From Octopus vulgaris (Eukaryota), in contig OX597814.1 in NCBI GenBank assembly GCA_951406725.2, positions 26,040,001 to 26,104,000 on the forward strand: a DNA stretch of 64,000 nucleotides, read 5' to 3'. Position 1 is the first letter of the stretch. Each line of letters starts with the position of its first letter. A model generated the notes under the pieces. It was given only the letters and a program-made list of their open reading frames with translations, had not been told where the DNA came from and did not search any database. The position numbers and the translations under genes were made by a program. Below are positions 40,656-55,037 of this stretch, in pieces.

Positions 40656-41489
40656 CTGTGTATGTGGTAGAGCACATGTGCAGGAGTGTGTAAGGGCATG
40701 TATATGTTTATAATGACAAACAAAGTTGGATACATGTATACGATTCACTAAACATTGCCCATTACTACCAAGTTACAATCTATCATAATAAATGTCCCAA
40801 CTGACAAGCCAGAGCAGAGGCTGCTTATACTTAAAATAGATAGCTCACAAACACACACACATACACACACACACAAACGTATACACACACACACACGTAC
40901 ACACACAAATGCACACGCACACACACACACACATTTACACAACGTTGGCACACACAAGTATGCTCATCTCTGCATGTCTTTCTCACTCTCTTTCATTATA
41001 TGCATATATATGTGCAAGTGTGTATGCACGTGAGTGTGTCTATGTGTGTGCTGTTGTTGTTGTTGTGTGTGTACACACACACCACACACACACACACACA
41101 CACATATATCTTAGTTACAGCTTAGCCCTTATTCTGGTACAGTATCTGCATGATGACCAAACATAAAACTTACACCCAACAATCATGTAATGTTCCTTCA
41201 TTGCAGTTTTAACGACTACAACTACTACTACTACTATTACTACTACTATCTCTTCTTCTTCTTCTTCCTCTACCTCCACCACTAATACCACTACTACTCA
41301 GACCCAGGTCAGCTCAGCCTTGCTTGGACAAACTCAAACTTGTAGTCACAGGCATTCTAGTCAGGAACATATACTCTCTTTTTATATTTCTAGTGTCATA
41401 TAAACCACTATACCTTCACATAATATGAAGACGAAGGAAATTTGACTGCTATTTTATTAAATAATGAAGCCTCTATTTGGTCACAAGAT

Positions 41490-41700
41490 CTGCTAGGAAT
41501 ACCAGCCAAGTTTTTTTCAAATTGCACCCTACCATTTTAGAACAGAATACATTAAAAATATGGTCATGGGTTCCCCAGCAGGTTGGTAAAAGAACCAGAT
41601 GGCCAAAGCTAAAATGCCTTTTATTGTAAGTTTGCTTGATCAGGACTGACCTGAGGCTAAGTACAAGCAACAACAACACCAACAACAAAACAACAACCAA
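41490..41700 (+). repeat. Old interspersed repeat (related copies at ~290-350, 7835-7920, 42495-42660 minus, 44630-44865, 46880-47060)
   Basis: Recurring TGCTAGRAATA.CAGCCAA...CAAATCACAC...ATGGTCATGG...GGCTAA.(CAA)n pattern. Confidence 0.5.
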
Positions 41701-44700
41701 CAATAACTGCATAGCAGCAGTCTTGTCGGATATTTTTCTCTCCTTTCTCCTTTCCTCAGTTTTATGTGTTCCAAGTCACTGGACCTGATTTCTTTTGCTT
41801 CTAATCTCTATGCAATCTAGTGGAAGCAATGTGTCTCTGACCTTCCCCTTCCAAAATAAGGTTCCAGAATTTATCCATACTCATTTCAGAATCTCCCTTT
41901 CAGCTTGTTCTTCAAACAAAATAGATTTCTTAGAATATTTTAGGTTGCATTGCAACTCTATTTACTTGAACTATCTTGTGTGAGAACTTAGAAAATACAT
42001 GGTTTGAAGATTATCATAATATTTTTCTTCTTCCTTTCTGTCTCAAGCTTTCTAGCTGTAATCTTGACCCTAGCCGTAACTTAATTCTAACTCTAAAACT
42101 GAACCTCTTTATTCAAAATTGCAGAAGTTTTAAGCTCATCTAACAACATTTATTTACAGTACATAACATAAATCATCATTCTCATTTTTCACCAAATTAC
42201 TAACTCAGATGCAAAGCCCTAGAGCTTTGGTACAAGTCTGGTGGTAGCTCAGCACTTGATTGGAACTTTTTTCTGTTGACATAAGATGGAGGAAAGATGA
42301 AGTTAATTTTGGCAGGATTTAAACTCAAAGCATGGAGCTCCATAACTAATTACTGTAAAGCACTATTCCTCACTCTATCTGATCTGGAAATCTATGATGT
42401 ATAGTTGCTTTCCCAGTTGTGATTCAATGCACATTGGCTATTAACAGTGCCTGGATATTTAAAACAACTATAGTTTCTGTTATCACACAGTTTCAGGTCA
42501 GCCTTGTCTAAACACACCCATGATCAAAGACATTTTACCCACAAAACCCAAATCCTGCCTTGGGTATGACCCATGCAGGACCATACCATCCAATGCACTG
42601 CCTTTCTCTAATTACTACAGTATAATCTAGAGATTTTCATTACTATTTCTAGCATGTTGAATTATCACCTAAAGGTTCTGTCATTAGTCTATGTTCAAAT
42701 ATTAGCAATAGAATTTAGCTTCAAGAACAAACTGAGTCAACAATGTCCCAAGTGAGCATCTGCTGCTCTATGTGTCATAAGAGCAAAGTGTCAGACTACA
42801 ACAATCAATCACTAATTATTATTCTGTTGTGTCTGGACTTGCTTTTCCTCTCTTTGTATACAATACAATGGTGACAGTTTTACTGAATTAAGATGTTTAC
42901 TTACTCTGAAGATCATACAGTTTCCAGCATTATAGTGAAAATAATTTGAAGTGGACAAATGCAAGAATATACTATTATTTGGATCCATTTGAAGAAGAAA
43001 AGGTATCAGAAGCTTGTCCCTGGGAAAGATTGTAGCTACCCTTCCTTCAAGGAAAAGTTGAATAATTCTAAACTTTTTTTTTGGTTTTGTTTTGTTTTTT
43101 ACCTGCTCATATTTAGAGAACATAATTCACATAGTATTTTTAGAGCCATTATCAAAGACTATTCTTAAATTAACAGCACTGCTCTCACCCACCAAAAAGT
43201 GAGAACAACCTTTGATCCTTGGATCTGATACAGCTTGAAAATTATGCCGATACTGTTTTGCTCCCATCTAAAGGCATACAAATTCTACTGATTTGATCTA
43301 GATTGACATAATCCAAAATCTTATGAACAGCTTTTAAAAACAACAGAAGTATCCTTGTCACTATTTTACCTTTATTCATTCTTTATACAACTGCAGTGTG
43401 GTGATGTCTTTTAGCTGCTTGTGTCATATTTTACCTGTTTGAGCATATCAAACAGAATAATTATGTTACCTTGGTCCTTCACTTCCAAGAGGCTGTATTT
43501 ACCAGATGCTTGACATTTGACAGCCACCTAATATTGTGGTTACAAGCATATTTGATGTAGCAGAACCCAGCAAATTTTAATTAATTTAAAACTACAATCT
43601 TAATAATAAAAATACAATCATTAACTAAACGATTAATCAATACTGGTAAAAAAAATGTAAGACAACCCTAAAACTTTAATCACTTTTAATTGTAGAATAC
43701 ATTGATGATGAGTCTAATCTTTAGCAATATGATGACAACCCCAGACATGTTTCAGTTTTATTGGAACTCATCAATGAAACATAATCTAACACTGACTGTT
43801 AGATATTAGAACAACTTTTGAGATATAGTCTATTCATATACGAACGTATCCAGATTTGGCATATTGTTATATTGGTCAATGACAGTAATGTCACAGCTTA
43901 AGTCACTGAAACTTTCTATACAAAGTTTCAAAGCTGAGTATGTTTATTTCCATTTTTTATTTCTTTTCTTTTTCTTTTCTTTTTTTTTTTTTGTTACACA
44001 GTTGTTCTTGCTGAAAACTGTCAATATTAGGATTATGCTTTCGGACCTTTGTGCGCAGACAGACCCTATGCTGCAATAGAATATTTTCATGACATCAACA
44101 ACCTTTGGATAATTGGTTTCACATCTCTGAGCTCTGTGTTTTGAAATATGGTGTAATCTAACATATATCACTGTTGTATCCTGGGTTATTCATGAAAGTT
44201 TTCCCTTTATTTTTCTGCTTTTAGAACATAATATTTGCAATAGAGAAAATGAACACACTACACCACAGCATTAAGAGGAGGCTCTTTGCTTAGTGTATTC
44301 ATCTAAGACAATCAACATATGAGTGGCCATAATATTTAAGTCCCTCATTTAGTGTATTGTACTCGTGTGTGCAGTCATAAACAGCATCATGTTGGACTTT
44401 GATTGACTAGAAACACACTTTGTTAATAACATTCTGGTTCAGCCAGTGCTGATACTCAGTACTTGCATCTCTGCACCAGCTCAAAAGCAGAGATTTACCA
44501 GATTATTGTCCAAGGAAGTGCTTGCTTCAGCCAATTTTATTATCCAGTCAATGATACTAGTATCTTATCATCTCTGCAAGATCACTGCTATTTATAAGTC
44601 TCACTTTACCTTGAACAACTATATCAAGGGAGAGGCTACCAACCGTTTAAGAAACAGCAGTAGCTGCTGGTTTGATTCAAAGAAAAGGCCTTCATGTGAT

Positions 44701-45049
44701 TAGTGAACTTGTGAGAAATACAACCATATTACCCTCATATCAAAACCTACCATTTTAAAAAATAGGAAACACACATTAGATGATACAGTCTGATATATTA
44801 TGCCCAAAAATAAGATGGATTTTGATCACAGAATGTGCTTGTTCAAGGTTAATCTGGAGCAAAACAAAAAAAAAAAAAAAGAATATGCAGAACATTTTAA
44901 GTTTGAACATTTCCCATAACAAGTCCCGTACTTAGTTTTTGTTTATTGGTTTGATGAATGCAGTTACATTTCAACCTAAACTAATCTGAGTTCATCTAAC
45001 CTACCTACCTTAGCTACCTATCTACAGATTTATCTGCCTGCATATATGC

Positions 45050-45144
<95 letters not shown>

Positions 45145-47222
45145 ATAACTGGTATGTATGTGTGTGTGTGTGTGTGTATGAATAGTTCCTTTCTACTGAT
45201 ATTAGTGTCTTGTATTCCAAGTTAACATGATGTATGTGTATAGTTGTATGTTTGATAGTGTAAGTAATTATATGCACTCGTATTTCAATGTATTAAGCTC
45301 TCTCTCTGTCTTTCTCTCTCTCTTTCTTTCTCTCCCCTCTCTTTCTCTCTTTCTTTCTCTCACTTTTGCTATGCATCATATGAAAGAAAATGTTATGTAA
45401 GAAAACTTGTTTTTCAATTGCTTTTGGATCACACTCACATATACGAAAACAGTTGTAATAGATTGTAAAGCAACAAGAATTAACACAAGAATCACAGAAA
45501 AAATTTTTTACCTGTTCCACTAGCTAGCACCATAAATATTGAACTGGATGTAACATACTGCAAAAAATAACTTCCTATTCTAACAGTTAACTGAAGAAGC
45601 AAGAGTTACTGACATGGAATCTAAAGGATGATTTTCTTTTGAATCACCAACCATTCCACATAAGAATTATATATAAAAAAAAAGTTGTTTTAAATTGAAC
45701 TAATTTCTTTTTGTTTTTAGTCTTTTTTTTTGTTTTTTGGGGGTTTTTTTGGCTACAAATAGTAATGAGATTTCACATGATTCAAACCATTTTTGTATCT
45801 GCTGCATTATGGATATGGAAATTTTTAAACATTATGGATTGGATTAAGTGGACACATAAAATACATACATGTTATCAGGTCAAGTTCTTCATGTTTCTCA
45901 TACCATGAAACCATATAACACAGAACATCCATCCAATAAACAAGGTTGAGAGGATGGGAGTAGAAAGGCTTCTCAGAAAAGCCAACAACTAAACAAGTTA
46001 TTTGCCAATTGATACACAAATTACATGGTAGAAGAACCATTTTTACTTTTTCTGCTGGTCACAACTGAGATGCATCTCAAAACACTGTATTGGGAACATC
46101 TGTGCCCAATTACCTTTGGTTGATTTTCAGTTTCACATTATGTATTTCTGCCAATAACCTCAATGTAGTTGAGTGACCTTCAGTGAAGTCTACTTTGCAT
46201 TAGGCAATAATAGTAGTGACAGGTAAAATATATCATAAAGCTCCTCTTTGGCCTTGTGCTCACAACATGAGATGCTTTGAGCCCTCATGAGAAGCCTGGT
46301 GTATGATCTTGGAGTTCCTTCCCCAGTCTTCATTTGGCCGCCAGAGAAAAATGCTCTTTATACATTCTCTGAAGAAGATAAGACTTCTTAACTTTGAAAT
46401 ACTTGATTGCCAGATGTCTATAATGTTTAAGAAACAACATGAAAAACACGCAAAACTATTATATTTACTTTTCATTTATTCCACGAAGTGTCACTGACTA
46501 GTTTGAAGTGATCAAATAAGAATTTTACCCCTCATAAAATAAATAGAAAATTAATGAGTTTTAGCATGTTTCTTATTGGTTAAACAGGATCTTCCCATGG
46601 CTTAACTGCTTCATATTCAGTACACAGTTTCATATCAAGTCTCTTGTAAAACAAATACAACTCCCAATACCTGCATTGTTGTGATCTTGTGGCCTCTTTA
46701 GACTATGGATTTTGGATTGGACTGGGATATATTCACAATTATACTCTGTTTTGTCCCCAATCAGTCTCTCTCTTTCTCTCTCTCTTTCTCTCTCTCTATC
46801 TCTCTAAAAACATACATACAAATACACACACTTGCTTACACTTTTCACATTCATGTGAGAACTTTTATGATGTCACTGATTTTACAAGAAACAGCAACCA
46901 ATTCACTCTCAAACCACATGCAACTATCTTGAAAAAAAGTGTGCATTGGATGATGTAACTATAGAGATATTATGCATGAAATAAATAAAATGAATGCTCA
47001 TGGCTGGAAAGTGTTTTACCAAAAGTCTTGCTTGGTGAGAGCTCATCTGGAACAAAACCGCATTAACAAGCTGCAACAAGTTGATGTCATATCTACATGG
47101 TCAATAGTCACACATAAATTCTTTCTTTTCTTTCCCTTCCTCTCTCCCTCTCTCCCCATCCCCACCCCCTCTCTATATATATATATGTAAAAACACAAAC
47201 ACACACATATACATATGTATGT

Positions 47223-47267
<45 letters not shown>

Positions 47268-47270
<3 letters not shown>

Positions 47271-48885
47271 TCATCATTGTCATCATTTAACGTCTACTTT
47301 CCAAGCTGGTATAAGTTGGACGGTTTGATTGAGGACTGGTAAGCCAGATGGCTGTACAAGGCTCCAATTTGGTCTGGCAAGGTTTCTACAGTGGATGCCC
47401 TTCCTAACGACAACCACTCCAAGAGTGTGGTGGGTGCTTTTTACATGCCACCAGCATGCGGGACAGTCAGGCACACCGGCATCGACCATGCTTGAACAGT
47501 GCTTTTTACATGCCACTGGAATGGGAGCCAGTCAGATGGCACTGGCAACAGCCACACTCGAATGGTGCTTTTTACGTAACATCAGCACAGGGCCAGACAG
47601 TTGCCACTGGCATTGATATGTCCCAGTGACAATATTGTCCAAATCCTCATCACCACTGATATGTCCCAGTGGTGATATTGTCCAAACCCTCGTCGCCACT
47701 GATATGTCCAATGATGATGACGTATTTCGTCATCTCTATGGGACTGGTCCAAATGGTGTACCTTCACTGACCAACTCTACTGACTGTGTCAGTCCACTAT
47801 TTAATAGTAGTGGACCAGCCCACTTCTTGCCTGGGGATGTCCACTACAACAGGCATTGATCACGCTTGAATGGTGCTTTTTACATGCCACTGGTACAGGT
47901 GCCAGTCAGGTGGTACTGACATCAGCCATGACAATGACCTCACTTGACTCAACAGGTCTTTGCAATGATTGAAGGGTAGTGTCCAATGATTGAAGGGTAC
48001 TCTTAAATGGGCTGGTTACGCTGCACTGGCATAGGCCATGGTTACAGTCTCACTTGGCTTGCCGGGTCTTCTCAAGCACAGCATATCTCCAAAGGACGCG
48101 GTCGCTCGTCATCACTTCAATGCATACTACCTTTGTTTCTTTCCGGTCTACACGCCTTCTGCATTCAGAGCCCATGTCTCACTACCATGGAGTATAGCCA
48201 TTCATACACAAGCATCATATAGTCTACCTTTCACTCTGAGAGAGAGTCCTTTTGTCGCCAACAGAGGTAATAACTCTCTGAACTTCCTCCACCCAATTCT
48301 TATTCTAGAAACAATACTTTCAGAACATCTTCCACCATTGCTAATTTGGTCACCTAGGTAACAGTAACTATCTACAGCCTCATGAGAGCCTCCTGGGCAT
48401 TTAAGAGAATCTAATTTCTGTGGGCTCTTAGTACTTATCGTTCCTGCACATCTGCCACATACAGAGATGACTTTATCTGTTAATCTACCTGTGATTCCAC
48501 TGCAACTCTTATGTGTCCATAGTTTACACTGGGTGCAGCAAATGGAATTTCTTCCAACTCCTTTCCTATATATTGAGCAGGGCCATTTACCAGACAGAAA
48601 GAGTGTTTTATCTTCTTTCTTACTAACAACAATTTTTGTCTTAGCTAGGTTAACTTCAAGGCCCTTTGATTCCAGGTTTTGTTTCCATACCTGGAATTTT
48701 TTCTCCAATTCTGCTTCTGATTCTGCAATAAGAGCAAGGTCACCAGCATATAGCAGTTCTCATGGGCACCCAGTTTTCAATCCCTATGTTTTGGTCTGGA
48801 GGACCATAATGAATAAGAGTAGACTGAGAACTGAGCCCTGGTGAACCCTTACCTGAGTACTAAATTCATCACTGTATTCATGGCT
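47268..48885 (-). mobile_element. RTE LINE 3' fragment (RT C-terminus + PHD finger, internal deletion, UTR)
   Basis: Minus ORF 48202-48708 is homologous to 6090-6400 and continues VDSYCYLGD...KGRLYDACV; UTR and (CAT)n at 47268-48115. Confidence 0.92.
47618..47851. mobile_element. Unclassified 234 bp insertion with 9 bp target-site duplication
   Basis: GGCATTGAT at 47609-47617 and 47852-47860; removing the insert restores an RTE UTR unit. Confidence 0.7.
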
Positions 48886-49142
48886 GATAATGGCTGAAAC
48901 CAATCTAAGTTATCTACGTTATGTAAGTTATATATATTCATATATATATATATATAGCTATTATTCAATCCAAGGAAAAACAATTTCCTTCAAAGGGATG
49001 GAAAGCATCCAATTTTCACAAGTTCTTCAGTTAAATGCCAAAGTTTAATAGAGAAAAAATCAGAACTTAAAATGCTATAATTTCAATTGTGCATACTTGA
49101 CATAGTGTAAGTACCTTGAGGGAAAAGTTGAACCTAAGAAGC

Positions 49143-49981
49143 ATCATATGTGTTGTGCAAGAGAGACAACTGTGCTGGTATGGTCATGTGGTGAGAATGG
49201 ATGAGGATAGCTGAGTGAAAAGTGCCACACCCTAGCAGTCGAGGGAACCTGTGGAAGAGGTAGACTCAGGAAGACCTGGGATGAGGGGGTGAAGCATGAT
49301 CTTTGAACATTAGGCCTCACCAAGGCAATGACTAGTGACCGAGACCTTTGGAAATATGCTGTGCTTGAGAAGACCTGGCAAGCCAAGTGAGACCATAACC
49401 TCGAGGCCTATGCCAGGAGTGTAACCAGCCTACTTATGCATACCTTTCCTTCATTGGATACTAAACTCTGCTTGCGAAGACCTGTTGAGGCAAGTGAAAT
49501 CAAAATCGAAATCAAATTCAATGACTGGCATCCATACTAGTGGAGTGCTAAGAACCCCATCCAAGCTTGATCGTTGCCAGAGCAGCAGACTGGCTTCCAT
49601 GCTGGTGGCACATAAAAAGCACCATTCGAGTGTGATTGTTACCAGCATCACCTTACTGGCACTTGAAAAAATATTCAAGCAAGATCGTTGCCAGTCCCGC
49701 TAGACTGTCTCCTGTGCAGGTGGCATGTAAAAAGCGCCATTAGAGTGTGACCATTGCCAATACTGCCTGACTGGCCCTCATGCCGGTGGCATGTAAAAGC
49801 ACTCACTACAGTCTCAGAGTGGTTGGCGTTAGGAAGGGCATCCAACTGTAGAAACTCTGCCAGATCAGATTGGAGTCTGGTGCAGCCATCTGGTTTGCCA
49901 GTCCTCAGTCAAATCGTTCAACCCATGCTAGCATGGAAAGCGGACATTGAATGAATGATGATGATGATGATGATGATGATG
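49143..49981 (+). mobile_element. RTE LINE 3' end (ORF C-terminus, UTR, tail)
   Basis: QERQLCWYGHVVRMDED...GRGRLRKTW...VLEKTWQAK*, UTR units and (GAT)n. Confidence 0.93.
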
Positions 49982-52012
49982 AAATATTAAAGGAAATATA
50001 AAAATACGATTGACTTGTTATAAATTTATGAACATTATAATATAATATAATTATATAAAAAAGATATAATATAACAAATAAATAAAACAAATATACATCC
50101 TACAATTTGTTTTAATTCACAGCCAATAAGGATACAATAAGACTAAAAGCAACTAAAGTCAACGACATACACACAAACATGGGTTTATACTGGTAATAAC
50201 ACAAGCTAGCAAATAAATAACAAATAAATATATAAAATGGAACTAAAACAGCTTACATGCTTGCAATGGAGGTGAGACATCAGCATAAATACAAGAAATG
50301 TCATTTGGAGGATTTAAGTTATCAACAAGGTCACATGAAATGTGTGACAAAAATTTTGGAGAATATATCTAAACATGCTGGTGTGTCATCTTTATTGCGA
50401 GAGGAAATGAGATGACGCTAAGTCTCATCAAGAATACTGTTATTTGTTTGAACCAATCATGTGCTGATTTTTATGTAGTTTACTGTTCCCTCAAAATGTG
50501 GAACTTTGTGTCTGTTAGAAATAATTGTATTATAAAAAAAATGCACGGGCAAAATATAAATAAAGGTAAATGTAGAAGCTCTAGACAATATACCTTGCCA
50601 TATTTAGATATGTTGCTTTATATGCTTGGTTCAAATCCCTGCGGTGCTTGGCTTTGCTTTTTCTCCTTCCAAGTTCTTCATAACTTAAAATAAGTATGAG
50701 TCAAGGACTGCAACTTAATTCAATTAAATACATCCTTCTTACTTCAAACTTGTAGCTTTGTGTGAAAGTTAGAAGACATTATTTATTATTATTGTGACAG
50801 CTAATGTCCATTACGACTTATTGAGTGATGTGAGAAACTAGTGGAGTGACACTGTCAAATGAAATAAAATATAATGGCACAAATAATTAGAGGCAGAATA
50901 TTAATTACTTTATCTGCTTCAGATGACGACAACAACAACATAACTAAATAATACAAATGGTTTAAATAGTGGAATAAATTTTATGCTATGAGGAAATCTA
51001 ACATTTCATGAAGAACTCTTTGTTGCAGAGAAAAGAAATGTCAAAGAATAGTTTAAGAATATTTTCTGTTTTTTGTTATCATTTATATTTTCTTTCTTCC
51101 CATTCTTGCCATCTTAACTTAATATCAGTCACAGTCCTTTCATTGAAATTCTTCATCAGATCATTTGTTTTATTGTATGTTTTATTTATTCATTATTATC
51201 TTTTAAATTTTAATGTAACTCTTGTTCAATATAATGGCAAGTGTAGCCATAAAATAAGCAATAAGCATACTTCACAAACCAATGTTGGTTTCTGGTTTTA
51301 ACAGTTTCACTTCTCCCAACATTACTAATACCATTTCACCCAATTCTGTTCAGTTAAAGGGATGAATGTCACCACTTTCACTTCCCTTCTCTGCTTGCAA
51401 CAAAATTCCCAGACTTTAAACCTACTTAGAGAAAACAACAGAAAATCCCACTGTCAAAGTGTCAAATAAAGCTCTGTCTCAAAACAGATATGATTTTAAA
51501 AGGTAGAAAGATAATGTTACACCATATGAAGCTATAAGCATATCCTTCATTTTCTAATGAGTTTTAATCTCACTTTTGAGTTTCCATCTACACTTTGTTC
51601 CAATTATTGTGTTTGCATTTCTGAAAATAGACATCTTAACCCTCTACATATAATTGTTTGAGTTGGTATATGACACAACCTGGAAGGTTGAATGGTTGTT
51701 TTATTGTCAACAGCTCTTTATTGTGTACTTATCCAAGATACCTAACTCTCAAGTGGTTTTCTATATATTACTATAAGTATTGAAACAACTGATTCTGGAA
51801 AGTGGCAGCCAGTAGCAGTGACTTAAAAATTGGTAAGAGATTTTTTTGCTTGTAGAACTGAGTTCAAAACTTACCTTTCTTTCTTATAAAATCATGCCTG
51901 GTTTAAGACAGCGTATTAAGAGTACAGTTTGGAAAAGAACTGACTCATTATAAATATACAATACATACAAAGGAATGGAGGACAAAAATATGCACACAAA
52001 CACACACACACG

Positions 52013-52044
<32 letters not shown>

Positions 52045-53279
52045 CACACACATACATACCATTCACTAGAACAAGGACCAACTACTTTACATTCCCCTAA
52101 CATCAACTTCTCTAGCTCATCATGAAGCCTAGCTGTTTGAGACAGTTGTACCCTGTACACTCTATATTCATCCTTCTCCCCTGTTCTTTTTCTCTCCATT
52201 TTCACTCTGTCATCATATTCTTGCTCCTTCTCACCTACATATACTGAGTCTCTTCATTGCTTCATCTCCTTGGTCACATTGTGTTCTATCATCCCCTTTT
52301 CTCTAACTTGCATTGTCCTGACTAAAAATATATATATCTCAAAATACTGAGTACCCCATCATGTATCCCCTATCATGCATCACTCATCAGTCATCCCCTA
52401 ACCTCTGTCATACATCTTTCTTCTCACTCTCCTTTATTCTTATTTCACTACCAGTAAAGAAGCAGGTAAATGAGATAGATGAGGTGTTATAAGGTTCCTT
52501 TGACTGTATTAAAAACATTACTATGAAAAACGCATCCAATATTCTTTCGAAAAGACTCCACTTGTTAATTTTCATTTTGTAATGCTCTAATTTGATATTT
52601 AAAAAATTCTTAAAACATTGTAGAATTGTAAAACTAAAGAATAGTGGAAAGAAATTTTTCCTGACTACTAAAAACATTTCAATGTAGTATAGATCATTGA
52701 TGGTGACAACATTCAAACTTAATCACATTTTGTAACAAAGAAAGGTACTCACTTGTTAAATGAAAATTGAAAGAACACAACTGAGGACAAGGAGCAGCTT
52801 GCGCAAGTTAATAATTTTAGTTCAATAAATTCAAACATTTACACTTCATTGATCACTTTTTTTGTCTGTGTCATAACATGATAGAAATTTCTCTGAATTC
52901 CTTTCAAACTCTCAAAAGCTTTATTAATGGCAACATTTAATCTTTCTAGCAGGAACATTTCTTTTGATGGAGTAAGTTGCAACAATTGTCATGAGTTTGG
53001 ATTTGGAATGGAAAGTTGGGGAATCTTTCCGATAGAGTGATGAATATTCTGTCATATCGTTTCTTGGTGATATTTATCCATGAACTTCCTGATTGCAAAA
53101 TTAGTGATGAGTCAAATGCATCCAAAATCAAAAGATTGATTGGATTAATGAGTCAAGTGCATCAAAAATCAAAAGATTTTGCATGCACTTGATTCATTAA
53201 TCCAATAAGAATTTTATTCCTTTGTTGGTCAATTCTTTCTTTGACACTGGACATTAGGGCAGTTAGGCAATTCAATCCT

Positions 53280-54810
53280 TGCAATCTAAAATAAATATAT
53301 CTTCTGCATGAGAGATTAAAGGTATAGAGGGACTACAGGGATAGGTGTCTTGCTGTAGATACATGGATACCCTGGTTGAAGGGGAAAGGAGAGTGTGATA
53401 TAGAGTAATATAAGAAGAGCAATAGTGAAGAGAGATGCTGGCAAAAATGAGTTGGAACATACCCCTAGGGGCTTTGGTGTTGGTGAGAATAGGTGAAGTG
53501 ATACAGAGGTTTGGGCTGGGTGAGTGGGCAGAGCAGAGGTGACTGAAGCAAATGGTGGAGAGAAACTTTGGAAAAGCTCAAGGGCAGGAATTGCAGTAGA
53601 TATGTGAGGGCATTGAGGATGATAGCAGATAAGTGAAGTGCTAATGATGGAGAATAGCACGGGATGGGGGTGAAGGTACAGAAAGGAGGTCATTGGTGGA
53701 GAAAGTAGGGGGGGATAATGGAAAATGAAAGTGGATTGCACTGAAGAGAGGCAACTAAGAAAGCTAGGAGATGTAGCATGTGCCTATTCTGCTCTCAAGT
53801 GATAGAGGAATGATGGATGTTAGGTGGAGAAATAGGTGGGAGAAAGAATAATAGGGCAGAGCTCCTCATGGACAAGCATTACCAAGATGACTTTAGGATA
53901 TCAATTTTGTTGTGGTGGGCAGGTCTTTTTGAGTATAGCAAGATGTCTGATATCTCCATCCTTTATTATTTCCTTCATAAGGCTCAGTATCTTGAGAACG
54001 GCTTTCAGTATTCTATCCCATGTCTTCTTGAGTCTCCTTCCAATGTAAATGATCAGCATTTCTTCATGCAACTATCCTCATTCATATGCATCACATGACC
54101 AAACCAGCACAGTCTTCTCTTTTGCAAATTTCATATAATTTCTCTTATGCCCAATGTCGCTCTCAGTACACTCATGCTCTGTCACACATGTACACTGACA
54201 TTGCACATTCAGTGTCACTTCATTCCTCCCAAGTCTTACATAGCCTCTGCATTTAGGGCTCACCTCTCACTACCATATAGCATTGCTTTTCATTCCCATG
54301 TATCATACAACATTCCTTTCACTCAGAGAGAAAGAACCTTTCATTGCCAACTGATGTCAAAGCTCTCTGAACTTTCTCCATCCTATTCTAATTCTAATAG
54401 TTACAATTTCTGTACATCCTCTTCCTTTGTAAATTAGATCTCCTCCACAAGAAATCCTCCAGAGAATTTGAGAAAATCAATTTCTCATGTATCTGTAGAC
54501 TTTATAGCTCCTGTGCATCTTCCATATGCAAAAATAAAACTACCTTCTCTGTTAAACTTCCTATTATTCAACTGCATCTCTTGTATATCTATAGCTTGCA
54601 CTGGGTACACTGTATAGAATTCTTGCCTTCACTTTTCCTATATATCAAACAGAGCCATTTCCCATCAATTGAGTGTGGCCTGTCTGTTTTCTTACTAGGA
54701 CATTAATATTTGCTAAGTCACCCTTAAGGCCTTTTGATTCCAGTTTTGCTTCCACACCTGGAATTTCTTTTCTAGTTCTGTTATAGAATCAGGTTTGAGA
54801 GCAAGATCAT
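53280..54810 (-). mobile_element. Old decayed RTE fragment with CT-rich UTR
   Basis: 54060-54810 aligns by eye with 48170-48745 and 49160-49200 (CTCACTACCATATAG, CCACACCTGGAATTTC). Inclusion of 53280-53990 is less certain. Confidence 0.75.
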
Positions 54811-55037
54811 CTATATGTGTGTGTAAGTGAGTGTGTGCATGTGTGTGTATACATGCATATATACATGTCTATATGTATATATATACACACATACATATAA
54901 ATATGTATATGTGTGTATATGTATATATGTGTGTATGTATATATATATATATATATATGTTAATAAAATATATACATATATATATAAACATATATGTACG
55001 TACCTACCTCTACATGTACATATACACGCATATATGT

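Noticed and set aside
42061-42105. Telomere-like TAACCC repeats
   Set aside because: Too short and degenerate.
43738-43780. Minus-strand TTGATGAG...GAAACATGTC hammerhead-like motif
   Set aside because: Stem I pairing is absent and stem II is weak; too decayed to support.
43995-44145. Plus-strand exon with an in-frame TAG recodable by editing
   Set aside because: No recognisable protein or donor site; purely speculative.
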